Positions 25,235 to 37,242 of a stretch of DNA of 64,000 nucleotides are shown here, piece by piece. This DNA is from Octopus vulgaris (taxonomy: Eukaryota): positions 7,192,001 through 7,256,000 of the forward strand of contig OX597837.1 in NCBI GenBank assembly GCA_951406725.2, in the 5' to 3' direction. The position numbers and the translations under genes were made by a program. Each line of letters begins with the position of its first letter. The stretch's first letter is position 1. The notes beneath the pieces are model-generated. The model ran no database searches, was not told where the DNA came from, and saw only the letters and a list, made by a program, of their open reading frames with translations.

Positions 25235-25434
25235 CGGTTGTCAAGTGATGGCGAGGGAACAAACACAGACTCACACACATAAATGCATACATATATACGA
25301 CGGGCTTCTTTTAATTTCCGTCTACCAAATCCACTTACAAGGCTTTGGTCGACCCGAGGCTATAGCAGAAGACACATCTGACGAAGGTGCCACGCAGTGG
25401 AACTGAACCCGGAACCATGTGGTTTGGAAGCAAG
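25235..25434 (-). mobile_element. SINE family B, 5' half
   Basis: Matches the other minus-strand copies. Confidence 0.8.
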
Positions 25435-26336
25435 ATTGAAGGAAGATGAGATAAAACGAAGTATATTAGGTTTATACTCTAGAAGAAAAAGTCGTTTACA
25501 TTTCGAGCATATGCTCTTCTACAAAAGTAAAAGACGAGGCTACTTTAGCAGCAAAGATTGAAGAAAAATATTTTAATGCGTAAATCATGTAACATAGGCT
25601 CAACTTCGTATATAGAGCCTAAATATGCATAAAGAACATGGTATAAAACAGCGCCTTCATTGGATTTTACTATCGCGTAATGAGGTTTGTAACCTCTATT
25701 TGAACTATACATATATATATATATATATATATCACCACCACCGCTTTGAAGAATTTATATATCACCACCACCGCTTTGAAGAATTTTTGGACTAACAAAT
25801 CGACCCTAGTACTTGTGATAAATAAAATACCACCACCACTACTACTAATGATGATGATGATGATAATAATGATCTTGGCACGTGGCTAGCAATTTTAGAG
25901 AGGAGGTAGCTAGGGGATTGCATTAACACTCCAGTACAAAACTGGTACTTATTTTTATCGATCGCGTAAGGATAAAAGGTAAAGTCAAGCTCGTTACTCA
26001 GAACGTATCGAGAGCAATTAAATTCCGTTAAGCACTTCGTCCGATACGCTGACGATGTTGACAATTTGAGATTTCTGTGGGGAAAATAAAAACGTGGTAT
26101 ATGCCATCAAATACTGCATATGCATATCCATGTGTGTGTTAGTGGTTGATAATGTAGAGTATGCGTTTTCGATTTTTATGTTGGTTTACTTGTAACCTGT
26201 CGAGTTTTGCTCGATATTGACCATGGAGTGGTTTTTCTGTCCACGTTTATCCTTTTCTTTATTTTGAAATTCTGTTTTGATTTTAGTCCTTTTTTTTCTA
26301 TTTTAAAAGTTGTCTGTTGTTTTGTCAGCATCTTAA

Positions 26337-26843
26337 GCCATTGTCTGCCATGAGCCCCATTTGGGGATCTGCTGAAAACAGCCTCATTGCCGGTTGTTCA
26401 TTGTATTTAAAATAATTTGCTTATGTACAATGCATTTGCAGAGGTGTGTTTAACAATATTTAATAGTTAAAGTTTGTTATTATTAGCCCTGGCTAATTTC
26501 TAGAGGTCATAACGTCATAAATCGCAATTTCCGAACTTCAAAATATTGACTGTTTTGAAATCGTTTTTTTTTTTTATTGCATTTCCTATCTATATCATTC
26601 ATTGATATTTCATAAACATTCGCCTTTGATACTATAGTTTCAAATAAACTAAAATGTTTATTATTGCAATTGAATAGAAAAGGATAAATAAGCTTTTTCT
26701 TTCAGCGATCCCCATTTGGGACTTGCCGAAAAATTTATCATAATTTCCAAAATAATTCACAAAGAAGAAAATTTAAATACCAAATGTTATTATAATTCCT
26801 AAGACACCTAACAAAGCCAAAAGGAAATTTGGCAGTTAATGGG
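26337..26843. mobile_element. Possible piggyBac-type MITE
   Basis: TTAA on both sides (26333-36, 26844-47); termini gccattgtctgcca vs reverse-complement cccattaactgcca (11/14); internal ccccatttggg repeats. Confidence 0.5.
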
Positions 26844-26950
26844 TTAATTCTTTGCTTCGGAATCGCTACTTTCTATTTTTTACCATATTGTTTCGCTATA
26901 TTTAAAGTCAAGATTTATTCATTTTGTTTTCATGGAGAAATCACCATAAA

Positions 26951-27318
26951 TCTCTCTATATATATAAACGGCAAAATGTCTGTCTGTGTGTGTGTCCTTT
27001 ATACAAATCCACAATTTTTCAGTTAGAGTGCTCCACTTTCTATGGTCATTCAAAACCGTCCAAGGATGGTCGTGCACATCTTTACATTTCTCCAGTCACC
27101 CCACAAAGCCATTAAAAAGATCAATAGAAGTAACATTTTGTGAATTTTCTATCCAAAACCCAATCAAAATGCCCGAAACTTGATACGCCAATTGAATGCC
27201 AGCTAGCTGTATGTGATTGGTCGGAGATTTGGGCAGTACTTGCTTGTATGTGCGCACGCAGGCAGCTGTATATGCATGCACTATCACTATGACCCGGCAA
27301 CGCCGGGTCATATGCTAG
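26951..27318 (+). mobile_element. Non-autonomous Helitron
   Basis: 5' TC(tctctatatatataaa); subterminal 11-bp hairpin tatgacccggc-aac-gccgggtcata (27288-27312); 3' CTAG; inserted between A and T, no TSD. Confidence 0.87.
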
Positions 27319-27606
27319 TCATTATTATAACATTATTACACTAAACTATTCCCTATGCTTCTAATTTTCCTTTTAGTCCAGCTGTTGTTACTCGGTAATA
27401 TATTGGGCTCTGTTCTCCCTGTAAGCAGGGTAGGCATATCTTATTTATATCAGCTTTCGGTGTGTGGCTTTGAAACTCTATTATTAGAAGTATCCGGTGG
27501 GGCGGAGATTCTGTACAAACAATTCCATCTGCGGAATTTGTAGTTTATAACCGAGATATCTAATGTATTTTACCAATGAATTCTGTTTTTAATAATAAAG
27601 GTGGTT

Positions 27607-28450
27607 AAGGGCGGTGAGCTGGCAGAAACGTTAGCACGCCGGGTGAAATGCGTAGCCGTATTCCGTCTGCCGTTACGTTCTGAGTTCAAATTCCGCCGAG
27701 GTCGACTTTGCCTTTCATCCTTTCGGGGTTGATTAAATAAGTACCAGTTACCCACTGGGGTCGATATAATCGACTTAATCCGTTTGTCTGTCCTTGTTTG
27801 TCCCTTCTGTGTTTAGCCCCTTGTGGGTAGTAAAGAAATAGATATTTAATGACTCTACGTTCTGAGTTCAAATTCCGCCGAGGTCGACTTTGCCTTTTAT
27901 CCTTTCGGAGTCGATCAATTAAATACCAGTGAAACACTGGGGTTAATGTAATCGACTAGTCCTCTTCCCACAAATTTCAGGCCTTGTGCCTATAGTAGAA
28001 AGGATTATTATCATCGTTATCGTTGGTGAGCTAAGGCGGCGAGCTGGCAGAAACGTTAGCACGCCAGGCGAAATGCTTAGCAATATTTCGTTTGTCTTTA
28101 TGTTCTGAGTTCAAATTCCGCCGAGGTCGACTTCGCCTTTCATCATTTCGGGGTCGATAATTTAAGTACCAGTTACGCACTAGGGTCGATGTAATCGACT
28201 TAATCCCTTTATATGTCCTTGTTTGTCCCCTCTATGTTTAGCCCCTTGTGGGCAATAAAGAAATAAGTAACTTTAGCACGCCGGGCGAAATGCTTAGCAG
28301 CATTTCGCCTGTCTTTACGTTCTGAGTTCAAATTCCACCGAGGTCGACTTTGGCTTTCATCCTTTCGGAGTCGATAAATTAAGTACCTGTTGCGTACTGG
28401 GGTCGATATAATCGACTGGCCTCCTTCCCCAAAAATTTCGGGCCTTGTGC
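27607..28450 (+). mobile_element. Cluster of four family A SINE units (two dimers)
   Basis: Heads at ~27607 and ~28033, each followed by a second 5'-truncated unit. Confidence 0.87.
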
Positions 28451-28869
28451 TGTCACTAAGCCCCTGCAACCCCTGCGGGCATCCGTGGTTGAGGAGCCCC
28501 ATGTTAAAATCAAAGCGCGTAGATGAGGCATCAACTTACTTTGGTTATGTTGAAAAAGAACTAAACTATATTAACTTAAAATTTCAAATAAAATGGTAAT
28601 ACATTATACCTACAAAAGTTCTTGTAAAATTATTTACATCGTACCTATTCAAATAGGCTTTTTATACTCTGGTCCTTATTACTCACATATCTGGAAGTTT
28701 TACTTCCAGATATGTAACTTTTAAAGATGTTCTTTAAGATAACGTGAAATATTGAACTTCAGATAGAATAAAGTAAAATATAGCTATGAATAAAATATGC
28801 ATAGATTATGCATTTTGGTTGAAGGGATGGGGCCACAAAGCAAAAAGTTGCAGGGGGCATCTAAAAGTC

Positions 28870-29156
28870 ACGCGACGTGCCAACCTTGAGCAAATATGTT
28901 CTGCAATAAACCTCAGGCTGTCTAATGTCTTGTGAGCGAATTTGGTAGATGGAAACTGTGCGGAAGCTTGTCGTATACATATACGTGTGTGTCTTTGTGT
29001 TGTTCCTCACCATCGTTTGGTGACTTGAGTTTGTTTGTTTACGTCCACGTAACTTAACGGTTCGGCCAAACACTAATAATAAAATCGAGTGTTGGGGTTG
29101 CGTTGTTCGACGAAACCCTTCAATGAGCTGCTCCGGCATGGCCGCAGTCCTATGAA
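28870..29156 (+). mobile_element. Diverged SINE family B
   Basis: cttgtgagcgaatttggtagatggaaac...gcatggccgcagtc. Confidence 0.7.
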
Positions 29157-29316
29157 AGATAATTTCTTGTTTTAACTGGACTTTTATGTTGATGTTCTTT
29201 GTCAAATCTCACGTGATTTGATTTACTATTCGTATTGACAAAACCAAAAACTAATTATTGATCTGAAAATATTTTGTTTTTGTAATTCCTTTGCAAAGTT
29301 TCTTGGAATGAGATCG

Positions 29317-29985
29317 TGTTGAAACAAGTGTTGTATATTGGGAGGGTCAGTATGCCAAAAATAAACACACGCAAAGATTATATTTCAGTTCTTTTATTAT
29401 CATTATTATAGTTATTATTGTTCAATTGGTTAATCATTTAGCCAATTAACTGATTGATTGTTTGATTAAATCGATCCATCAAACTTTTCGTCGTCATTTG
29501 TGACCTCATTTATGTCATACTCTCTCTACTTCAGCTCTCTCTCTCTCTCTGATAGTGTTGAAACAGATTTTATTGTATTAGGGAGGGCCATTATGCCAGT
29601 AATGTACACACGCACTGGCTCTTTTTCACTTCGTTTATTGTTATTATTAAGCATATTAACCATTTAACATTTTAGTTAATCGATTGTCTGATCAATCCAT
29701 CTGTCAACCAATCAGTCAGCTGGGTTTCTTTCTCCTGGGTGTCTTAAATCTCATCGATGATTCCAATCTTGAAAACAAGGAAGAATTTTGCAAAATAACT
29801 GTCATTATTAAGCTGGGGATTAGGATATAAACTGACTCGCAATTTTGATAGAAAGCTTTAATTTGGATTTTGTATTTGGTTTGTAAGATTCTCGATTTGA
29901 AATTCTGTGTTGGAACATTATTTTTTTGTATCTTGGGAGGGTCATTAGGCCAATAATAAACACACGCACTGATTATATTTCACAC
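29317..29985 (+). repeat. Three dispersed direct copies of an ~70-bp unit (29317, 29555, 29907)
   Basis: gtgttg(a/g)aaca...gggaggg(t/c)ca.ta.gcca..aat..acacacgca. Confidence 0.75.
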
Positions 29986-30332
29986 AGAATAAGATATAAG
30001 CAACAACCACCGCCTTAACTTCATTATAAAAAACCGTACTTCAAACTTGCTATATTTTCCCATTCACCTCTATTTTCTCTTTTCTTTCTTCTTTCTCTAG
30101 TAACATTTTTTCCTCTTCCATTCCTCCTCATAGCGGGTTCCCCCTCACTTCATATTTATTTATCTATCTCATTTTTTTCTGTGATATTCATTCACCCTTA
30201 TTTTAATTTTCTAATTCTTACTTCATTCTCTTTCCTATTTTATTAACTCACAACATCTCACGTGTGGCTAAGTCTATCTTGTTCTTTGTATTTTCCTATT
30301 TGTACCTACGATTTCCACCATCCGATTTATAT

Positions 30333-30712
30333 ACTCTTTTACTCCTTTTACTTGTTTCAGTCATTTGACTGCGGCCATGCTGGAGCACCGCCTTTAGTCG
30401 AGCAAATCGACCCCAGGACTTATTCTTTGTAAGCCTAGTACTTATTCTATCGGTCTCTTTTGCCGAACCGCTAAGTTACGGGGACGTAAACACACCAGCA
30501 CCGGTTGTCAAGCGATGTTGGGCGGACAAACACAGACACACATACATACATATATACGACAGGCTTCTTCCCGTTTCCGTCTACCAAATCCACTCACAAA
30601 GCTTTGGCCGGTCCGAGGCTATAGCAGAAGACACTTGCCCAAGGTGCCACGCAGTGAGACTGAACCCGGAAACATGTGGTTGGAAAGCAAGCTATTTACC
30701 ACACAACCACTC
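30333..30712 (-). mobile_element. SINE family B, full length
   Basis: Near-consensus copy with tactcttt repeated tail. Confidence 0.9.
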
Positions 30713-31356
30713 CGACACCCATATCTAATTCTTAATCTTTATTTGACTCTCCTTAATGTTGATATAATTTTCCGTTACGGTCAATCGCTTTTACGTAACA
30801 AATTACTCTCATCTTAAAAAGTAGCTGCCCAATCAGCTTTCACCGTTTATTCCAGGATTTGGAAATCATGAATACTTATACATTATTGTACTCTTCTGAA
30901 TACTCGCGACTGCCTGATGACCGGTTATGTGAAACTCTGAGTAACAATTTTCGAAGTTTTTCCATCTTCAGTAATATCAATGTATCTCCTCTTCTGATTT
31001 TAATTATTTAAATCCTTCCTCTTAGGGAAGAAACTGGTTTCTACCAATTATACAAAGCTTCATCATGAAAATATAGATAACGAAAACAATGTCACATTTT
31101 AATCTTGAGAAAAGTCTTGCATAGTTTCACTGTTCCGCTTAAAGACTGTATTTGTAATGTGTGAGTCGGTTGATTTCTTTTACTGACAATCCAAGCTTAT
31201 CAAGAGTGTCACTTAAGCAAGCCAAGTACACCAATTGTTATTGGCTTGAAAGTAAATTTGTAATCTGGATATAGAAACTGGAGATTTCGAAGCAGTTGTC
31301 CATTGTTATCTTCTTTCTTTTTGTGTGTGTAATACTCAAATTAAGTATATATATAT

Positions 31357-31710
31357 ACTCAAAATAAGCAACAAGAATAACTTCGGTAATTTGATACGAT
31401 CGTTTCACGTTACATCATTTTATTAAATGTTGTAAGTATTACAGCAGTTTTAAAATTCTGAGCACTCATCAGCCATTAATAGAGGTTCTTATTAATGGCT
31501 GATGAGTGCTCAGCATTTTAAAACTGCTGTAATACTTACAACATTTAATAAAATGATGTAGCGTGATGACGATCGTACAAAATTACCGAAGATATTCTTG
31601 TTGCTTATTTTGATTATAACCACCCCATGGATTTATATGGATAACACCATACAACATTCTGGTGCATCTAACTTAAGTACCACATTCATTTGAATCTAAA
31701 TTTTACTGAA

Positions 31711-31712
<2 letters not shown>
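31357..31712. mobile_element. Fold-back Penelope-like pLTR insert with a hammerhead motif in each arm
   Basis: 31359-31481 is the imperfect reverse complement of 31490-31613, ~8-nt loop; ~100-bp tail then (TA)n; homologous to 7040-7172. Confidence 0.82.
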
Positions 31713-31748
<36 letters not shown>

Positions 31749-32489
31749 GATAAATTGCTAACATTTTAATTTTCTTCTCCACCCTTGAAAATAAACTTGT
31801 CATAGTGTAACGGAGCCAACTTAGAGAAGGGAGGAATCGTCCCTAGTTCTTAACAAATACTTTGCTTATCGATACTCAGATTCGAACTCAAAGCGCACTG
31901 AGGCAGATCACCACAAATCATTCTATCTGATGCTCAAACGACTCTGCTAATTCGCTGGTAAATAGATAAAGAAAATATTATCCGTATTGAAATAAGGGTA
32001 AGGTCTGATATGTCCGACAGCAAAAAGAAAAAGGAATCATACAAGATGCTGTTCTAGCATCACTGTAGTCCAATCTGTGAAACCTGTTGAAGAATATTTG
32101 CTTCATGGCCAGATAACGAACATGGGTACAGCTTCAACAAATGTGTTACATTCTGACTTTGTGTAGGATACTTATCGGGAAAGCGTCATCTATTTCTCTG
32201 CATATTGAAAAAAAAAAAGATTGAAGAGCTTTAATCGATTTTCGAAACTTAATAGGTTCTTGTCAGAGGTGCCCACATTGTTTTGTGTGTTTGTGCGTAA
32301 CAGGTTAACTTAGCTCCACGTGTTTCGTGCACGGAAAAGAAAAGCAGGCCCTCGGACATATGAAGACCATGCTTTTTCACGTCCACGAAACTTTAAGTAA
32401 CATGAGAAGCTAATTCAGCCTGTTATTCAATAAGTCCTACTCCAACTACGTGTGTCGAGTGCTACTTCCATTCATCTGTTCACTTCCTC

Positions 32490-32530
<41 letters not shown>

Positions 32531-32534
32531 CATG

Positions 32535-32897
32535 AGTGCCTGTGTTGTAAGTAGCTTGCTTACAAACCACATGGTTCCGGGTTCAGTCCCTCTGCGTGAC
32601 ACTTTGGGCTGACCAAAGCCTTGTGAGTGGATTTGGTAGACGGAAATTGAAAGAAGCCCGTCGTATATATGTATGTATATATATATATATGTGTTTGTGT
32701 TTGTCCCCACAACATCGCTTGACAACCGATGCTGGTGTGTTTACGTCCCCATCACTTAGCGGTTCGGCAAAAGAGGCCGATAGAATAAGTACTAGGCTTA
32801 CAAAGAATAAGTCCTGGGGCCGATTTGCTCGACTAAAGGTGGTGCCCCAGCATGGCCGTAGTCATATGACTGAAACAAGTAAAAGAGTGAAAAGAGT
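32535..32897 (+). mobile_element. SINE family B, full length
   Basis: Head to gtaaaaga-repeat tail recognisable. Confidence 0.9.
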
Positions 32898-33228
32898 AAT
32901 TGTTGGGGCTCAATCACTTTTTGAACCCGAGTTACTGCGAAGCGGCCCTGGCTATGTTAAAGATGCATATTTACTAGGAAATTTCTTCCTTGATAGTGAG
33001 GCGCAACATTTGGAACAATTTTGATGGTTCCAGTTAAATGGATTGTGGTGCGATGATGTCCTAGAGTTGAGGAGATTTATTACACTTACGTGTTACTTAA
33101 ACTTCACTGCAAACCCATGAGCAAAGTTGTTGCAGTACTACATTGTCTTGTGTAGCGACTTTTCACTTCTTAAGTTTTTCAATTTCTCTCTGTCTCTCAC
33201 ATTGCGTGGTGATCTCGTTGGGGAACTC

Positions 33229-33638
33229 GGATCTTTTCGGTTTGAACGGCAGTTTTTAAGGATAATTTCTCGGTAACTAAAAAATTTTAAACTTCGTATA
33301 CAGGTAGAATGTGTTTATAAAACATCTTTTTCTCTTGGCTTTATTGAGAAAATTCTATAGTTTGTAAGATAATCGGGTTTTTTTTCTTCAATTTCTGCAA
33401 TTTCAACCAATCAATGACGTCTATTGAGGTAAAAAAATTCTGTGCCGTATGAATATGTCCTTCGTTTAAGAAACAGATTGGGTTTATCTACATTTGTGAA
33501 GAAAAAAAAGATACCCTTCCCCCACCCCTAACCTTAAAAGAGATTGAAATGCAATAGATCGATTCTAGGGTCATAATTATGAGTGACAATTTCATATGAC
33601 ACCGCTAGAAAAAACTGCTGTTCAAACCGAAAAGATCC
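33229..33638. mobile_element. Non-autonomous DNA transposon (MITE), ~29-bp TIR, 8-bp TSD (Merlin- or hAT-type)
   Basis: TIR ggatcttttcggtttgaacggcagttttt / aaaaactgctgttcaaaccgaaaagatcc; TSD gggaactc at 33221-28 and 33639-46. Confidence 0.9.
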
Positions 33639-34239
33639 GGGAACTCTCACAGTATCGTTTTCTCCACGAGGGAAAATGGTTGGGCGAGAGGGGAGTAACA
33701 TCTGAAAGGAAAACTGATGTGATACTGGAACTGTCCAAAAAGTGGCCGATGTCTTCTAAAGCGCAGAACGGTTATACATAAAGTTTGACTCAGCTCCACA
33801 TAACTTATTTTCGTGTGTGCGTCTATCAAGCATCTCTCGAAATGGATGTGTCCTACGCACCTAGGAACCTTTAAGCGGAGCAATTAATAAAGATCTTACG
33901 CTCATTAGTGTTTTATCACTTTAGGGTTAATTATTTATGCAGCACGGATTTTTGTCAGTGAACAGGTCGCGGTCTTAAAGCAACGAAAATATTTTGACAA
34001 ATTAAACTTAAATGTTGAAGTGAACCGATTATTTTTTTCTCTCTGAAGACAAACAACCGAAACGTAATATTTCTCTCTCCTTGTCACAGCATGACCTCTT
34101 TCACGTCTGTAGCATCACTAGTTTCTTCAGATTGTATTATTTTACTTTACCTAGGAATGCAAATATCCTTTTTTTTTATAACAGTGGGACGTGAAATGAG
34201 GAAAATTTGGCTGTGATATCTAGCAGACCGAGTAACAAC

Positions 34240-34525
34240 TGTTGTTTGTTCCTTCTCGAGCCATGCCTGGCTCATAAGGGCCGGTTTCCCGGTTTCCTTG
34301 GCGCATAGGTTCCCCACCTGGATGGGACGCCGGTCCGTCGCAGGTGAGCTCCAAGAGGAAAGAGTGAGAGAAAGTTGTGGCGAAAGAAACAGCAGAAGTT
34401 CGCCATTACCTTCTGCCAGAGCCGTGTGGAGCTTTGGTGTTTCGCTCATAAACACACACATCACCCGGTCTGAGATTCGAACCCGCGATCCGTCGATAGC
34501 AAGTCCGCTGCACTAACCACTTGGC
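34240..34525 (-). mobile_element. SINE family C
   Basis: Colinear with 4054-4371 (ccggtttcccggtttc, aaagagtgagagaaagttg, ctaaccact). Confidence 0.85.
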
Positions 34526-34724
34526 ACAAGCAACATAGTATAGTGTAGTGTAATAGGCTATGATCTACGCTCTATCCTAAAGTAGTGAATTGGCAGAGTT
34601 ATAAGAGAGTTGGATAGAGTGTTCTGAAGTAGTAATTCCTCTGATTCATTGCGCTCGGAGTTCAATTCTTGCTAAGGTCAACTTTATCTTTCAAAGTCAG
34701 ATAAAAAAATTTTTTAATTACTGT

Positions 34725-35058
34725 AGGTGCATACATAGCTGCGTGCTTAAGAAACCTGCTTTGTAATCGTGTTTTCGGATTCTGTATCATAGCGTGGTAC
34801 CTTGGACAGGTGTCTTCTACTGTAGCGCTGGGCCAACGAATAACTTCTTGCGAGTGAATTTAATAAAGAAAAACTGTGTTTATGGATGAAAAGATGTGTG
34901 TTTCTATGTATGTATATTTGTTTGTCTCTGCCATCCGGTGTTGTTTTGCTTACGTCCCAGTAATCTTGTAGTTTTGGAGAAAAAAAAATCTAAAAGCAAT
35001 CTAGAGAATAAGTACCAGATTTTAGGAAACAAGCCCTGTGATTGATTTCTTTGACTAA
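34725..35058 (+). mobile_element. Highly diverged SINE family B
   Basis: gcgtggtaccttggacaggtgtcttctac and gtgccccagcatgac. Confidence 0.6.
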
Positions 35059-35319
35059 ACCATTCAAGATTGTGCCCCAGCATGACTATAGTTCAGTGAC
35101 TAATAAAGTAGAAAATAAAATTCAGAGGGTTAGGAAGAATTCCTTGTGATATCCGTTCCGACTATTCCCACCTAATCTGGCATCAGCGTCTGTGTCGCCA
35201 CTGGTGCCAAGCTACGTCGGTCAAAAGTCGCTGACCCGTTTCTTGGTGTGCACAGACATGTATAAATGGCACCGACAACGGTAAAAGCCAGCATCTGCTA
35301 AAGCCTATATTGAAGTGTG

Positions 35320-35539
35320 AAGGTGGTGAGCTGGCAGAAACGTTAGCACGCCGGGCGAAATGCGCAGCCGTATTTCGTCTGAGTTCACATTCCGCCGAGG
35401 TCGACTTGACCTTTCATCCTTTCGGGGTCGATAAATTAAGTACCAGTTACACACTGGGGACGAGGCAATCGACTTAATTCCTTTGTCTGTCCTTGTTTGT
35501 ACTCTCTATGTTTAGCCCTTTGTGGGCAGTAAAGAAATG
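35320..35539 (+). mobile_element. SINE family A monomer with 14-bp TSD
   Basis: TSD tatattgaagtgtg at 35306-35319 and 35540-35553. Confidence 0.9.
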
Positions 35540-35814
35540 TATATTGAAGTGTGCACCTTAGACTCTGCTGGTGAATGAAGGCGGGGGTGGGAAAACGCTG
35601 AACACAAAACACCGGATTTAGTGCTCGTTCGTTCACGCACGCCGCTATGGACGAGTGTCTCGTGGGATCGCCCATGTTAAAGGGCGACACATTGCCGCTG
35701 GGACGCGCGGAGACAGCCTTAACGAACGGAGGCCATGTCGTTGCCTTCTGCTCTGGACCAGCAGACATCATCAAAAACATTCTAGCGGTGACCCTCCTGT
35801 CTTTTAGTTATTCA

Positions 35815-36000
35815 GTGTAACTTACTCAAACCCTTTGCTTCCTATAAAAGCGTAGGCCATTAGCGACTTCCCTCTTTTGTTCTCGACTCTAGGCTGTCTT
35901 TTTCGCTTCTCTCCGGTTCGATCCCTGCTCTTTCTCAATATCCCGCCTCCATTTATTTTTAGAGCGACCTCTCTCCCGCCTCCCTAGTGGGTTCAGAAGA
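35815..36000 (-). mobile_element. RTE-clade LINE 3' remnant
   Basis: Minus strand NPLGRRERGRSKNKWRRDIEKE...AKKTA*SR...ANGL resembles the RTE motif WxPxGKRxRGRPKxTWRR...A.DR..WR. Confidence 0.68.
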
Positions 36001-36303
36001 GGAATCGGCCAAGCAGTTTCCATTTGGATCTTGCTGCGCCGAGTCATACTTGTGAGGGAAGACTTTTCTCACTTACGTATTATTGCTTTTGAATTGTCAT
36101 CGATTTTTCTGTACCCTCGCATTTTTTTTCTAGTTAGGGTTGTTGGCCCTACGGAGACCTATTTTCAGCTCTCGGAAATAGTGGTTCTTATTCGTTTCAC
36201 CTCAATCTTTTGACCTGTCCTGCATGGGAGCATCTACCTGTAGCTGGTATTCTATTGACATGGCTCAGACGGCCAATGAGGTACACAAGCCACCACACGT
36301 TGG

Positions 36304-36718
36304 ACTGGCGGAATTTGAACTCAGAACGTAGCGGCAGACGAAATAGCGCTAAGCATTTCGCCCGGCGTGCTAACGTTTCTGCCAGCTCACCGCCTTTTAT
36401 ACAGAAAATAACGAGACATAAAATGGTCAGAATGGCTTGGGCGACTTCTGAACTGTTGTCAACGGTAAGTATTTTGCTTGGCATTCAACGAGTCTTCCAG
36501 CTTGCCCCGTTGACAAGAATAATAATGGTTTCAAATTTTAGCACAAGGCCAGCAAGTTCGGAAGAGGGAGTTAACTCAGTTTGTAGTTATTTTATCGACC
36601 CCGAAAGACTAAAAGGCAGAGTCGGCCTCGATGGAATTTGAACTGAGAACGTTAAGACGGACGAAATGCCGCTTAGCATTTCGTCCGGCGTGCTAACGAT
36701 TTTGCCAGTTCACTGCCC
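36304..36718 (-). mobile_element. Two family A SINE copies (36304-36396, 36525-36718)
   Basis: Reverse-complement heads and B-box segment. Confidence 0.8.
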
Positions 36719-37242
36719 CAGTTATTAATAATAATGTCATCTATTTTGAGCGCTAATCAATTACTTCATATTTATATTGATTACTAATTTTATTGATAAT
36801 TCGTTTTTGTCCATTTCCTGCTAAATGTGCTTCTCTTAATGAACTCCAGCGGATACGAATAAAAATACATTTTTTTAATTTTTAAACTATCCACATATTA
36901 ACGAGCTGAAACCTCCCAAGTTACGAATATTTTTATGCTCGTTAAACACCGTTAAATTAGTTAATTAATCGGTATAGAAGTTCAACATCAAAGATGTAAT
37001 TGACAATGTTTGTGAATCATGGGGAGAAAGAAAAAAATAAATAAAAGATTTGCCTCGAGTCATGAATAGCCTGTTGGCAGAAACGAACCCGTGACCTGCA
37101 TGATTGACTTTGAGGAGGAGTTTCCTCCCAACACAATCCAGCTTATCGCAGACCACATTGTGAAGCGTAGCTTCCAAACAGTGTGGCGCGCACACACACA
37201 TATATATATATATATACATACATATATATATACACATATATA

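Noticed and set aside
30880-30990. CTGATGA at 30915 with GAAA-ctctgag-TA, and a minus-strand CTGAAGA at ~30972
   Set aside because: Helix I and II do not pair convincingly; may be a decayed hammerhead but not supportable
32596-33024. Recurrent ORF peptides such as SVYQIHSQG, PKVPRSGTEPGTMW, RRNLNSER
   Set aside because: Chance translations of SINE families A and B
34035-34135. ctgaaga-caaacaacc-gaaa-cg-ta
   Set aside because: No helix II or helix I pairing
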